Source: Thermodesulfobacteriota bacterium | GTDB taxonomy: Bacteria; Desulfobacterota; Binatia; Bin18 | Assembly: GCA_964291405.2 (NCBI GenBank) | Contig: OZ219926.1 | Coordinates: 704,001-768,000, forward strand | Direction: 5' to 3' | DNA length: 64,000 nt | Shown here: positions 28,800 through 38,012 of the stretch, piece by piece | Layout: every line of letters starts with the position of its first letter | How positions within the stretch are numbered: position 1 is the first letter of the stretch | Program-made: the position numbers and the translations under genes | Notes under the pieces: model-generated | The model's database searches: none | Seen by the model: the letters and a program-made list of their open reading frames with translations, nothing else | Told to the model about the DNA's origin: nothing

Positions 28800-28860
28800 A
28801 ATTGAAATTGATATTCAATTTCAATTATGCACTTCTAGCCTTCGAGACGATATTTGTCAA
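28800..28860 (-). promoter_or_regulatory. Sigma70 promoter with Fur-type box at the predicted start site
   Basis: TTGACA-17 bp-TAGAAG, followed by palindrome AATTGAAATTGA-NNN-TCAATTTCAATT (28800-28826); core matches GATAATGATAATCATTATC at 14/19. Confidence 0.75.
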
Positions 28861-28922
28861 GTGCTGCAGTCAAGGGAATGTAGGTAGGGATATGGAGAAT
28901 GGCGTTTCTACCGAAAGAATGG

Positions 28923-29141
28923 CTACTTAGGCACCGGTACAGGCGCGCGCTCCTCTGCCTGAAAGCCCGCTTCTATGTGGCTGCCGTCACAGTACGGCTT
29001 GTTTTTGGACTTGCCACACCGACATAAATACAGTGGGTCTTTTTGTCCCCGGTACTTCCCCCCTCTCCTGTCGGTGAGACTGGTTTCTCCGCGCACTTCA
29101 TAGGGACCGTTCTTTAAGGCGCGGATGATCACTTTTGCCAT
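28923..29141 (-). CDS. CDGSH iron-sulfur domain protein
   Basis: NGPYEV...LCRCGKSKNKPYCDGSH. Confidence 0.93.
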   Translation of the reverse strand: MAKVIIRALKNGPYEVRGETSLTDRRGGKYRGQKDPLYLCRCGKSKNKPYCDGSHIEAGFQAEERAPVPVPK

Positions 29142-29266
29142 ACAGGTCGCTTTCTTTTTGGCATTCTTGGAGCCACGCTATCATTCACGAGAATACGCGC
29201 TAGGGCGGTTCTACCCCCAGCCGAGGGCGCTTTGGAATCGAACCAGAGTTCGACAGGGCTTGTTTC

Positions 29267-29293
29267 TATAATTGAAATTGACTATCAATTTCA
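29267..29293 (+). promoter_or_regulatory. -10 box plus Fur-type operator of feo operon
   Basis: TATAAT immediately followed by TGAAATTGA-CTA-TCAATTTCA. Confidence 0.82.
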
Positions 29294-29349
29294 GCTAGGA
29301 AGAGAAATCGGGCCTACCTGAACGAAATCCCCATACTTCTACGTATCTT

Positions 29350-29577
29350 ATGAAAACACTAGCCGACCTCGGCCCCGAAGAGCAGGGACGTATTCACTCC
29401 ATCACGGGCACAGACGGCATTTCCCAGCGGCTGGCTGAACTCGGCTTTACCAGCGGTCAGACCGTGCGGGTCATCCGTTTTGCGCCGTTGGGTGATCCCA
29501 TGCAAATACGTATCCGAGGCTTTTCCCTCGCGCTCCGGCTCCATGAGGCCAAACGGGTCCATCTTGCCGAACAATAA
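29350..29577 (+). CDS. feoA: Ferrous iron transport protein A
   Basis: RLAELGF...APLGDPMQIRIRGFSLALR. Confidence 0.95.
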   Translation: MKTLADLGPEEQGRIHSITGTDGISQRLAELGFTSGQTVRVIRFAPLGDPMQIRIRGFSLALRLHEAKRVHLAEQ

Positions 29578-29602
29578 AAATGAGGAGTAGGCTACCTAGT
29601 AC

Positions 29603-31837
29603 GTGCCTCGCCCTGTCGCTATGGATGTCGAAACACCAGTTGCTTCGTCTGCTCGTACCGCCACCGCCCCCGATATCGCTTCTTATCGGGTTGCGGTGAT
29701 TGGGAATCCCAATACGGGCAAGACAACCCTCTTTAACGCCCTCACCGGACTCAGCCAACACACCGGTAATTACCCTGGAGTGACAGTCGAGAGCGCGCTC
29801 GGCGAGTTTCGTCAGAATGGCGTGCGGTTTCTCGCGGTTGACCTGCCGGGTGTTTATTCGCTGGCGCCCCGCGCTCCGGATGAGATGGTCGCCGTCTCTG
29901 TCCTGCTCGGCTCCGGCGACGAATCAGTCACACCGGATGTTGTCCTGTGCGTGGTCGATGCGACGAACCTCGATCGCAATCTGTATATTGTGACCCAGAT
30001 CATGGATATCGGGCTTCCCTGCGTCATCGCGCTGACCATGCTCGATCTGGCGGAAAAGCAGGGCATGCATATCGATATTGCTACCCTTGAAAAACGTCTG
30101 GGAGTGCGCGTTGTCCCGGTGCAGGCCACAAAACGTCGAGGGATCGATCAACTCCGTCAGACCCTGTGCGATACGCTCAACGCAGGCGTCTCCCCTTCCC
30201 GCCCTGTTGTGTTTCCCGAAGCGTTCACACAAGAGGCCCAGACGCTGGCCCAGCAACTCACCCAAGCTCATCCGACTGCCCGCTTCCCTCGCTTTCTGAT
30301 TGAACGGCTGCTGATCGACACCGGTGGCATGGTTGAGCGGGACCTCACCCGACAGCACGGAGAGCAAGTACGTGACTCCGTCCGCGCGGCTCGCCAGCGT
30401 TTAGCCGCTGACGCGGTCCAGCTCCCGCAGATGGAAGTGGATCACCGCTATGCATGGATCGCCCAGGTCGTGGCGGACGCGCGTCGCTCTTCGTCCAGCC
30501 TGGGCCGTGACCGGACCGATTGGTCCGAGCTGATTGACTCCCTCGTCACCCATAAAGTCTGGGGGCTGGTGATTTTTCTGACGGTTATGGGCGTGACCTT
30601 TCAGTCGATTTTTTCCTGGGCGCTCCCCCTTATGGACAGCATTGACACCGTCTTTTCGGCACTGGGCCCCTGGGTCGGCAGCGCGCTGCCCGAGGGTCCG
30701 CTGCAAAGCCTGATGGTCGATGGCGTAATCGGCGGAGTGGGTGCGGTTGTGGTGTTTGTCCCGCAGATTGCGATTCTGTTCGGTTTGATCGCCATCCTTG
30801 AAGATTCCGGCTATATGGCGCGAGCAGCCTTTCTCATGGATCGGGTGATGGCCGGCTTTGGACTGTCGGGGCGGAGCTTTATTCCGCTGCTCTCCTCTTT
30901 CGCCTGTGCGATTCCGGGCATTATGGCAACTCGAACGATCGATAATCAGCGTGACCGGATTGCGACCATTCTTATCGCGCCCCTGATGAGCTGTAGCGCA
31001 CGGCTACCCGTATATGTGCTGTTGATCGCGGCTTTTATCCCGGCTCAGACCGTGTGGGGCATTTTTGGCTTGCAGGGGCTGACGCTCTTTTGCATGTATT
31101 GTCTCGGCCTGTTTGTTGCCCCTCCCGTTGCCTGGATACTCAAGCGGACGCTGCTGAGCGGCGAGGCCGTGCCTTTTCTCATGGAACTGCCGCCCTTTAA
31201 GCTGCCGGCCTGGCGGGTGGTCGTGTTTCGTATGTACGACCGTAGCATGGCCTTTCTCAAGCGTGCCGGCAGCATCATCCTGGCCACGACGATCCTGGTC
31301 TGGGCCCTCTCCTATTATCCGAATCAGGATCTCGTCTCAGAGGAATTTGAGACCCGCCGGGCAACTGCCACGGAAGCCGAGTTGGCGCTGCTTGAGACTG
31401 AGGCGGCCGGCATTCGCTTACGTGAAAGTTATCTCGGACAGGCCGGACGAGCGATTGAACCGTTTGTTCAGCCCTTAGGCTGGGACTGGAAAATCGGCAT
31501 GGCCACGCTGGCGAGTTTTCCGGCTCGTGAGGTGATTATTGCCGCCCTCGGGACGATCTATAATCTGGGTGCCGGTCAGGATGAAGAGAGCGTCGAATTG
31601 CGCCAAGCCATGCGGGCGGAGCGCTGGCCGGATGGCCGACCGGTGTACACACCGGTTGTGGCGATTTCAATCATGGTCTTTTTTGCCCTGTGCTGTCAGT
31701 GCGGAGCCACCTTGGCGACCATCAAGCGGGAAACTAATTCCTGGGGCTATCCGCTCTTGACGTTTGTCTATATGACGGGTCTGGCGTATCTTGGAGCGCT
31801 GGCGGTGTATCAAATAGGCAGCCGGCTGATTGGGTAA
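29603..31837 (+). CDS. feoB: Ferrous iron transport protein B
   Basis: GNPNTGKTTLFN, NYPGVTVE, DLPGVYSL, EDSGYMAR, PLMSCSARLP; start could be ATG 29621. Confidence 0.97.
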   Translation: MPRPVAMDVETPVASSARTATAPDIASYRVAVIGNPNTGKTTLFNALTGLSQHTGNYPGVTVESALGEFRQNGVRFLAVDLPGVYSLAPRAPDEMVAVSVLLGSGDESVTPDVVLCVVDATNLDRNLYIVTQIMDIGLPCVIALTMLDLAEKQGMHIDIATLEKRLGVRVVPVQATKRRGIDQLRQTLCDTLNAGVSPSRPVVFPEAFTQEAQTLAQQLTQAHPTARFPRFLIERLLIDTGGMVERDLTRQHGEQVRDSVRAARQRLAADAVQLPQMEVDHRYAWIAQVVADARRSSSSLGRDRTDWSELIDSLVTHKVWGLVIFLTVMGVTFQSIFSWALPLMDSIDTVFSALGPWVGSALPEGPLQSLMVDGVIGGVGAVVVFVPQIAILFGLIAILEDSGYMARAAFLMDRVMAGFGLSGRSFIPLLSSFACAIPGIMATRTIDNQRDRIATILIAPLMSCSARLPVYVLLIAAFIPAQTVWGIFGLQGLTLFCMYCLGLFVAPPVAWILKRTLLSGEAVPFLMELPPFKLPAWRVVVFRMYDRSMAFLKRAGSIILATTILVWALSYYPNQDLVSEEFETRRATATEAELALLETEAAGIRLRESYLGQAGRAIEPFVQPLGWDWKIGMATLASFPAREVIIAALGTIYNLGAGQDEESVELRQAMRAERWPDGRPVYTPVVAISIMVFFALCCQCGATLATIKRETNSWGYPLLTFVYMTGLAYLGALAVYQIGSRLIG

Positions 31838-31840
31838 ACC

Positions 31841-31981
31841 ATGGATTTCCAAACTCTGCTGATATTCCCGGTTCTTATCGTCGCCGTATTCTACATCGGC
31901 CGCTCGCTCTGGCCCAGACGTGAGAAAACAGCGTGCGCCTCGTGTCCGCAGAATCGGCAGCGCGCAGACGACTACGTATGA
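31841..31981 (+). CDS. FeoB-associated small Cys-containing membrane protein (46 aa, not in ORF track)
   Basis: MDFQTLLIFPVLIVAVFYIGRSLWPRREKTACASCPQNRQRADDYV; starts 3 nt after feoB stop. Confidence 0.8.
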   Translation: MDFQTLLIFPVLIVAVFYIGRSLWPRREKTACASCPQNRQRADDYV

Positions 31982-32056
31982 AGTGAGGCACTGCGGACCC
32001 TACCCCTGCCCTTTTGCGTTCCGGTTGTCCGTTCCTTCCAACGGCCCCTAACCGCC

Positions 32057-33277
32057 ATGAACATGCGCCAAGCCACCCCCCTGGCTCTCTTCTGGTTTCT
32101 GATCATGGGCGCCCTCGGAGTCTTTTTCCCCTACTACGGTCTGTATCTACGTGAGAATATCGGCCTTGACGGGTTTCAGGTGGGCGTTGTCTTTGCCACC
32201 CTGCCCCTGGTCGGCTTCTTTGTTCAGCCCCTGTGGGGCATTGTCGCGGATCGGAGTGGGCTGCGGATTCGCGTCCTGGCGGTGTTAGCCTCGGGTTCGG
32301 CGGTCGGGTATTTCTTCCTTGGTCGTGTGGAGAGCTTTCCGGCTCTGGTGGGTATCACGGTTCTGTTCGCCTTTTTTTCTCGCGCCCTTATTCCTATGAC
32401 GGTTTCGGTGAGCCTGGCGGTATTACAGGGGAGTCAGCATGCCTTTGGTATTATCAGAGCGTTTGGAACACTCGGGTTTTTCTGCGCCGTGCTTGGATTT
32501 CCGTGGCTGTTGGCCTCCCTCCCGCCGCCGGCAGTCTTCCAGACAACCCATCTTGGTCTGCCGTCAGAGCCCCAGCTTGGTATACTGTTCCCGCTGGCCG
32601 CCGGCCTTACCCTGTGTGCAACCGCCTCAGCGCTCACCCTTCCCCACCGTGGGCCAGTTGCGTTGCGCGCTCTGCAAGGTGAGTGGCGCAGCCTCCTCTC
32701 TCAGGGCCCGTTCCTGCGCGTGACCCTGGTCGGATTTCTCGCCTTTTTCTTTCTCCACGGCCCGATGGATATCTTTCCCATTTATATCCGCGACCGAGGG
32801 GGCGATATCGAGACCATTCGCAACATGTGGTGTGTGATGCTCATCCCGGAGATTATCTTCATGACCTTACTGGGAACGAGTGTTCGCCGCCTCGGTGCGC
32901 GTGGACTCCTGGCCGTGGGGATCGGTGCCGGCGCCATCCGCTGGCTTTTCCTCAGCCAAGTGACCGCCCTCCCTCTGCTTTACCCGATCCAGGTCCTCCA
33001 TGCCCTGACAGTCACCGGGCTCTTTCTGGGGGGACCGCTCTATCTCGAAGCAACGATACCGCCCCAACTGCGCTCAACCGGCCAGGCCCTCTTTAGCATG
33101 ATCAGTATGGGCTTGGGCGGGGGGTGTTCCAGCTTGATGACCGGAGCCCTCCTTGAGCAGGCCGGGATTAACGCGCCGTATCTCGTCGGCGGATCTGGCG
33201 CGCTCCTGTTGGCCCTGCTGCTCCCGTCTCTCCTCCCGTCCCTTCAGCCCCCTCCCCCGTCGCGTGACCACGGCTAA
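32057..33277 (+). CDS. MFS transporter
   Basis: About 12 hydrophobic segments, QPLWGIVADRSG, IRAFGTLGF, LRSTGQAL. Confidence 0.9.
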   Translation: MNMRQATPLALFWFLIMGALGVFFPYYGLYLRENIGLDGFQVGVVFATLPLVGFFVQPLWGIVADRSGLRIRVLAVLASGSAVGYFFLGRVESFPALVGITVLFAFFSRALIPMTVSVSLAVLQGSQHAFGIIRAFGTLGFFCAVLGFPWLLASLPPPAVFQTTHLGLPSEPQLGILFPLAAGLTLCATASALTLPHRGPVALRALQGEWRSLLSQGPFLRVTLVGFLAFFFLHGPMDIFPIYIRDRGGDIETIRNMWCVMLIPEIIFMTLLGTSVRRLGARGLLAVGIGAGAIRWLFLSQVTALPLLYPIQVLHALTVTGLFLGGPLYLEATIPPQLRSTGQALFSMISMGLGGGCSSLMTGALLEQAGINAPYLVGGSGALLLALLLPSLLPSLQPPPPSRDHG

Positions 33278-33278
33278 A

Positions 33279-35342
33279 TTACTGCGGGATCTCGATGTAA
33301 AAGTCGCCGTATGCTGAGACCTTCAAGGTATGGCCGGGAAAGACGATAATCGTCGTGGTCGGCAGCTCGACGACGGCCGGGCCCCGTACCGTCATGCCGG
33401 ACTCGAGCGCTTGATCCGCGTAGATATTCGTGTCGGTGAAACCGTCGTGGTCGGGAAAGTAGAGCGGCCGCGTGCCCGACTTTGCCGATGACGGATCTTC
33501 AGGACCTAGCGTCTGCTCTTCCAGCAGCAGCGGCGGCAGCTGGCCTATCGCGGTGACCCGCCAACCGTTCATGTCGACCGGCATATCGCGCAGGCTATAA
33601 GTGTAGAGGCGTTCGTGGGCACCGTGGAAGGAGTTGGCCATGCGTTCGATGTCGTCCTCGCCGAGTGGACCGCTCGGGATCGATACGATGATTTCGTGCG
33701 TCTGGTAGGGGTATTTCGCGTCGGCAAACCGTGTCGTCTTGATGTTCTCGGCCGCGAAGCCCTGCGCCTTAAGCTCCGCCTGAGCCTGCGCCTCCATCTC
33801 GTCGTAGATCGTATTAACGACACTAATATCCATGTCCCCGGTATTCATCGGGCGCGTCGTGAGGTAGGCGTGTCCGACGTCTGCGGCGAGCATGCCGAAC
33901 GCGCACAATCCGCCTGCGATGGTCGGGCAGATGGCCTTGCTGACACCGAGCTCCTGCGCGATCTTTGCAGCGTGCGCGCCGCCGGCTCCGCCACCGACGA
34001 CGACGGTATAGCCGCGCGGATCAACACCGCGCATGACCGACACCGCGCGCATCGCACCGACCATCTCGGTGTTGATGATTCGGTAGATTGCTGCGGCCGT
34101 TTCGACCGCGCTCATGTCGAGACGGTCGCCGATGGTCGTCAACGCGTGTTCGGCCGCCGTGCGGTCGAGCGTCATCCGTCCGCCGAGAAAATTCTCGGGA
34201 TTGATATAGCCGAGGATCAGGTTCGCATCGGTAACGGTCGGCGCCGTGCCGCCGTGGCCATAACACGCGGGCCCCGGCGCAGCGCCGGCGCTTTGCGGTC
34301 CTACGCGTAACATGCCGCCGGGATCGATCCACGCCATGCTACCACCGCCCGCCCCGATCGAATGGATGTCGACGGCGGCCACACCGAGCGGAAAGCCCGC
34401 AATCTCCATATCCGTGCTCATCGGGATCTCGCCGCCCGTGATCATGGACACCTCGAAGCTCGTGCCACCCATCTCGATCAGCATTTGATTCTGCTCGCCG
34501 TAGCGATGACCGATGAATAAGCTCGCCGGTGGACCTGCGGCGGGCCCCGAGCCGACCGCGAGTACCGGTCGCTTCTGGATCTCGGGCACACGTGCCGATC
34601 CGCCGGTGACCTGCATGATCAAGAGGTCCTTCTGATAGCCATTGTCACGAAAGAACTCGGCGATTTTGGTCAGATAGTCTTCGATCGCGGGACCGACGTA
34701 GGCGCTCAACACCGTGGCACAGGCCCTCGGGTATTCCCGGATCCGGGGTAGGATGTCGGTGCTTAATGCCGTATAGGCGTCCGGCATTTCCTCGGCGAGA
34801 ATCGCCTCGATGCGCCTTTCGTGCGCGGGATTGATCATCGACCAAATCAGGCACACGGCGACCGAGTCTACGCCCTCCTTTTTGAAGTGGGCGAGCGCAC
34901 GCCGCACGCTGTCTTCGTCGAGCGGTTCCTCGACTTCGCCGGTATAGAGCATGCGTTCGGATACGCCCAGGCGCAAGTGGCGCGGGATCAGCGGCTCGGG
35001 AGGCAAGAGCTGGAGGTTATAGCGGTCCGGTTTGTAGCCGTCGCGAAGGTATAGGATGTCGCGAAATCCATCGGTGTGAAGGATTCCCATCTTGGGGCCA
35101 CTGCGATTGATGATGGTATTGGTGGCGATGGTGGTTCCGTGGATGATGTAGTCGCACCGTGAGACGAATTGTGCGACGTCCAGGCCCTGTTGCCGAGCGA
35201 GGTCCCGCACGCCGTCGAAGACGGCTTGCTCGGGCGCCGTCGGCGTGCTCGGCGTCTTCCAGACCTTGAGGCCGTCCGCCTCGGTCGCAAGGATGAAATC
35301 GGTGAATGTGCCGCCGATATCGATGCCGAGGCGCGTGCCCAT
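33279..35342 (-). CDS. Hydantoinase A/oxoprolinase family, ATP-binding subunit
   Basis: MGTRLGIDIGGTFTD, HGTTIATN, SGPAAG, SIGAGGGS, GPQSAGAAPGPACY, PTVTDANL. Confidence 0.93.
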   Translation of the reverse strand: MGTRLGIDIGGTFTDFILATEADGLKVWKTPSTPTAPEQAVFDGVRDLARQQGLDVAQFVSRCDYIIHGTTIATNTIINRSGPKMGILHTDGFRDILYLRDGYKPDRYNLQLLPPEPLIPRHLRLGVSERMLYTGEVEEPLDEDSVRRALAHFKKEGVDSVAVCLIWSMINPAHERRIEAILAEEMPDAYTALSTDILPRIREYPRACATVLSAYVGPAIEDYLTKIAEFFRDNGYQKDLLIMQVTGGSARVPEIQKRPVLAVGSGPAAGPPASLFIGHRYGEQNQMLIEMGGTSFEVSMITGGEIPMSTDMEIAGFPLGVAAVDIHSIGAGGGSMAWIDPGGMLRVGPQSAGAAPGPACYGHGGTAPTVTDANLILGYINPENFLGGRMTLDRTAAEHALTTIGDRLDMSAVETAAAIYRIINTEMVGAMRAVSVMRGVDPRGYTVVVGGGAGGAHAAKIAQELGVSKAICPTIAGGLCAFGMLAADVGHAYLTTRPMNTGDMDISVVNTIYDEMEAQAQAELKAQGFAAENIKTTRFADAKYPYQTHEIIVSIPSGPLGEDDIERMANSFHGAHERLYTYSLRDMPVDMNGWRVTAIGQLPPLLLEEQTLGPEDPSSAKSGTRPLYFPDHDGFTDTNIYADQALESGMTVRGPAVVELPTTTIIVFPGHTLKVSAYGDFYIEIPQ

Positions 35343-35374
35343 GAATGCCGTTTCCCTGGTCGTCGGAGTGGGAA

Positions 35375-37333
35375 TTAGAGCGTGGCGTCCGCATCCTCCG
35401 GCGGTAGCGGATTGAGCGCGTACTCGTCCCCCGGTCCGAGGAGGGAGCGGAAGTAAGTCCCCGCGTTCGGCCCTGGCGGATCGATGATCTCGATGGTCTG
35501 ATCCGCCTGCATCTCGGCGCGTAACGCCTGGGTGGCCGCTTCGTCTACCGCGAGGGTTTCCGGATCGAGCACGACGCCGTAATCGTTGCGTGCGGTTTCG
35601 ACGCTGATGAACTCGTCGCGCACGTCGCGCACGACTTTGTCCATCGGGCGATCGAGTGGATTGCCGTAACCACCGCCGCCGGTCGAGACTGCACACCAAG
35701 TCTCGCCTTCGCGCGTACGGAAGTACGATGACGCACTCACGATATACTTCTTGCCGTCCTTGTCCACGCGGTACAGCGCGCCGCCGTCACCTGGCTTGCC
35801 GCCGAACAAGCCGAACGGCGGATTGGACATGCCGTCGCCGTACCCGTAATTGTCGATCTGGCCGGTGCCGCGTGGCGTCACAAAGAAATTCAGACCCGGT
35901 CCACCGCAATGCTTGCCGGCGCCCATCGAATCGGTGCGTACCTGGTATTCCTTCACCACGAGCGGGAAGTGCAGTTCGACGATCTCGGTCGGAGCAAAGC
36001 GCAGCCCACCCACCGTACCGGGTGTGACCATAAACGGCCAGCCGTCGGAGGTTGCAGACGCACCCCCGCCGGAGCTGCCGTTGAAGAGGATCACCCCGAA
36101 GGGTTTCTCAACGCCTTCGATACGTCGGTCGATCCCGGTCGTCACGCAGTTCGGCGTCACGTGCCCGCAACCGGCGACAACCTTCTCCGGGATCGCCTGT
36201 GCGAGACATTTCCACACCGCGTCGGTGATCGAATCGGCCGGCACAATGGTTGCCGCGGCAGTCGGACCCGGCCATTCGGCGTTGACGATGGTGCCCTTCG
36301 GCGCCTTGACCTCGATGTGTTGCAGGCACCCTTCGTTGTGCGGGATGCTGGGATCGATGCACATGAGAACCGCGGTCGACACCGAATTGCGGCAGGTCGC
36401 CCAGCCCGCGTTCACGCCACCGCGCCCCTGTGGATCGGAGCCTTCGAAATCGACGCTGAGCTTGTGTCCGTCGATGGTCAGCTTGCAGCGAATCGCGATA
36501 TCGGTGCGCCCGTAGCCGTCCGAATCGACCCATGCTTCGGATTCGTAGATTCCGTCCGGCCAGGTTTCAAGCTCTTCGCGCGCGCGCCGGTCGGCGTACT
36601 CGATGATTTCGCGCGAGAAGCGTTTGAGCGTACTGGCACCCCAAGTGTCCAGGAGCTCTAGCAGGCGCTTCTTACCGGTTTTCGCTGAACCGATTTGTGA
36701 CATCAGATCGCCGTAGATGAAGTCGCGGTAGCGGACGTTTTCCAACAGGAAGTTCAGGACATCCTTTCGCATCTCGCCGCGGTCGGCGATCTTCAAGGGC
36801 GAGATCTGCAGGCCCTCGCTCCAAATATCGGTAGCGTAGGTCGGCACGCTGGTACGATACGCCGAGCCGACGTCCATTTGGTGCCCAGTCGCCGCCGCCC
36901 AGAACAGGTGCTCGCCCTTGTAGAAGACGGGTGTAGCAAGCACAAAATCGCCCAGATGCGTATTTCCGTAATAAGCGCTGTTGACGAGGATCAAATCACC
37001 GTCGTGGAGTTCCTCGGGGCCGAAGAACTTCGCGATCTCGCCGATCGCGACGGGCTGTGCGTTGACGTGAATGGGCAACCCGTCGAACACGCAGAGTGCG
37101 TTCGGCGGGATCTCCGCATCGTAGACCGCGCAGGAGAAATCCCGCGCCTCTGCGATGATTGACGACCACGCGGAGTACTCGAAGGTCAACGACATCTCCT
37201 TGACGATCGCGTTGAGTGCGTTGAAGACCACCGCAAAGGTGGTCGGATCGAGTTTGCGCGTGGCGTCTTCGAGCGTCCCGCACGCCGTCGTGAGATCCTC
37301 GGCGAAAGCGTCCTTCTTGATTGTGTTCACCAC
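35375..37333 (-). CDS. Hydantoinase B/oxoprolinase family subunit
   Basis: EARDFSCA, GNTHLGD, HQMDVG, GGGGYGNP. Confidence 0.93.
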   Translation of the reverse strand: MVNTIKKDAFAEDLTTACGTLEDATRKLDPTTFAVVFNALNAIVKEMSLTFEYSAWSSIIAEARDFSCAVYDAEIPPNALCVFDGLPIHVNAQPVAIGEIAKFFGPEELHDGDLILVNSAYYGNTHLGDFVLATPVFYKGEHLFWAAATGHQMDVGSAYRTSVPTYATDIWSEGLQISPLKIADRGEMRKDVLNFLLENVRYRDFIYGDLMSQIGSAKTGKKRLLELLDTWGASTLKRFSREIIEYADRRAREELETWPDGIYESEAWVDSDGYGRTDIAIRCKLTIDGHKLSVDFEGSDPQGRGGVNAGWATCRNSVSTAVLMCIDPSIPHNEGCLQHIEVKAPKGTIVNAEWPGPTAAATIVPADSITDAVWKCLAQAIPEKVVAGCGHVTPNCVTTGIDRRIEGVEKPFGVILFNGSSGGGASATSDGWPFMVTPGTVGGLRFAPTEIVELHFPLVVKEYQVRTDSMGAGKHCGGPGLNFFVTPRGTGQIDNYGYGDGMSNPPFGLFGGKPGDGGALYRVDKDGKKYIVSASSYFRTREGETWCAVSTGGGGYGNPLDRPMDKVVRDVRDEFISVETARNDYGVVLDPETLAVDEAATQALRAEMQADQTIEIIDPPGPNAGTYFRSLLGPGDEYALNPLPPEDADATL

Positions 37334-37345
37334 ACCGTCACCCGA

Positions 37346-37999
37346 TCACGCAACGCGGGTCGAGGGTTCGGGTAGCTGCTTAAAGGCCTCGAGCAGCTGC
37401 TCAAGACTCCACACGGCACCCCAGCCAACTTCGCACATTCTGATGGTCGGGGCGTGTAGATCGGGTACGGTCGTACCGCAGCAGTCCTCGATCATGATGG
37501 CCTTATAGTCGCGGTACATCGCGTCCTTCGTGGTGCCGGCGACACATTGATTCGTGAGCACACCCGAGATGATCAGGGTCTCGACCGCGAGCCCCTTCAG
37601 GATCGTATCGAGCTCGGTGTTGAAGAACGCACTCAGGCGCCGCTTGTCCACGGTCCACTCGTCGGGGAGCACTTCGTACTCGTCGTATATGCCGTGGCCC
37701 CAGGAGCCGACGCGGAAGCCGCCGCCGTGTAGAAACGGCCGAGTATCCCAGAAGACCCCGGCATCGATCTCGTTGTGCAGGCCGTGGGTGGTCCATATCA
37801 CCGGTATGCCCTTGGCGCGAGCGCCGTCGAGCATGCGCTTGGTCGGCTCGATAACGCGTTGCATGTGGGAGATGTCGACGCCGCTCTTCGCGTACCAGCC
37901 GTCGTCCGAAAGAACGTCGTTTTGTAGGTCGATCAGGACCAAAGCGGTATGGCCGGGCACCAGTGACCAATCGGGAGCGTCATACGGTTGTCTTGACAT
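37346..37999 (-). CDS. Isochorismatase-family cysteine hydrolase
   Basis: LIDLQND, KRRLSAFFNT, GVLTNQCV catalytic D-K-C. Confidence 0.92.
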   Translation of the reverse strand: MSRQPYDAPDWSLVPGHTALVLIDLQNDVLSDDGWYAKSGVDISHMQRVIEPTKRMLDGARAKGIPVIWTTHGLHNEIDAGVFWDTRPFLHGGGFRVGSWGHGIYDEYEVLPDEWTVDKRRLSAFFNTELDTILKGLAVETLIISGVLTNQCVAGTTKDAMYRDYKAIMIEDCCGTTVPDLHAPTIRMCEVGWGAVWSLEQLLEAFKQLPEPSTRVA

Positions 38000-38012
38000 T
38001 GGAAACCTCCTC

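Noticed and set aside
19637-31981. Iron region as a tRNA-integrated island
   Set aside because: It lies on the 5' side of the tRNAs; no integrase and no duplicated tRNA 3' end found
35343-35699. 119-aa N-terminal extension of hydantoinase A in the ORF track
   Set aside because: Overlaps hydantoinase B; the family start motif begins at ATG 35342
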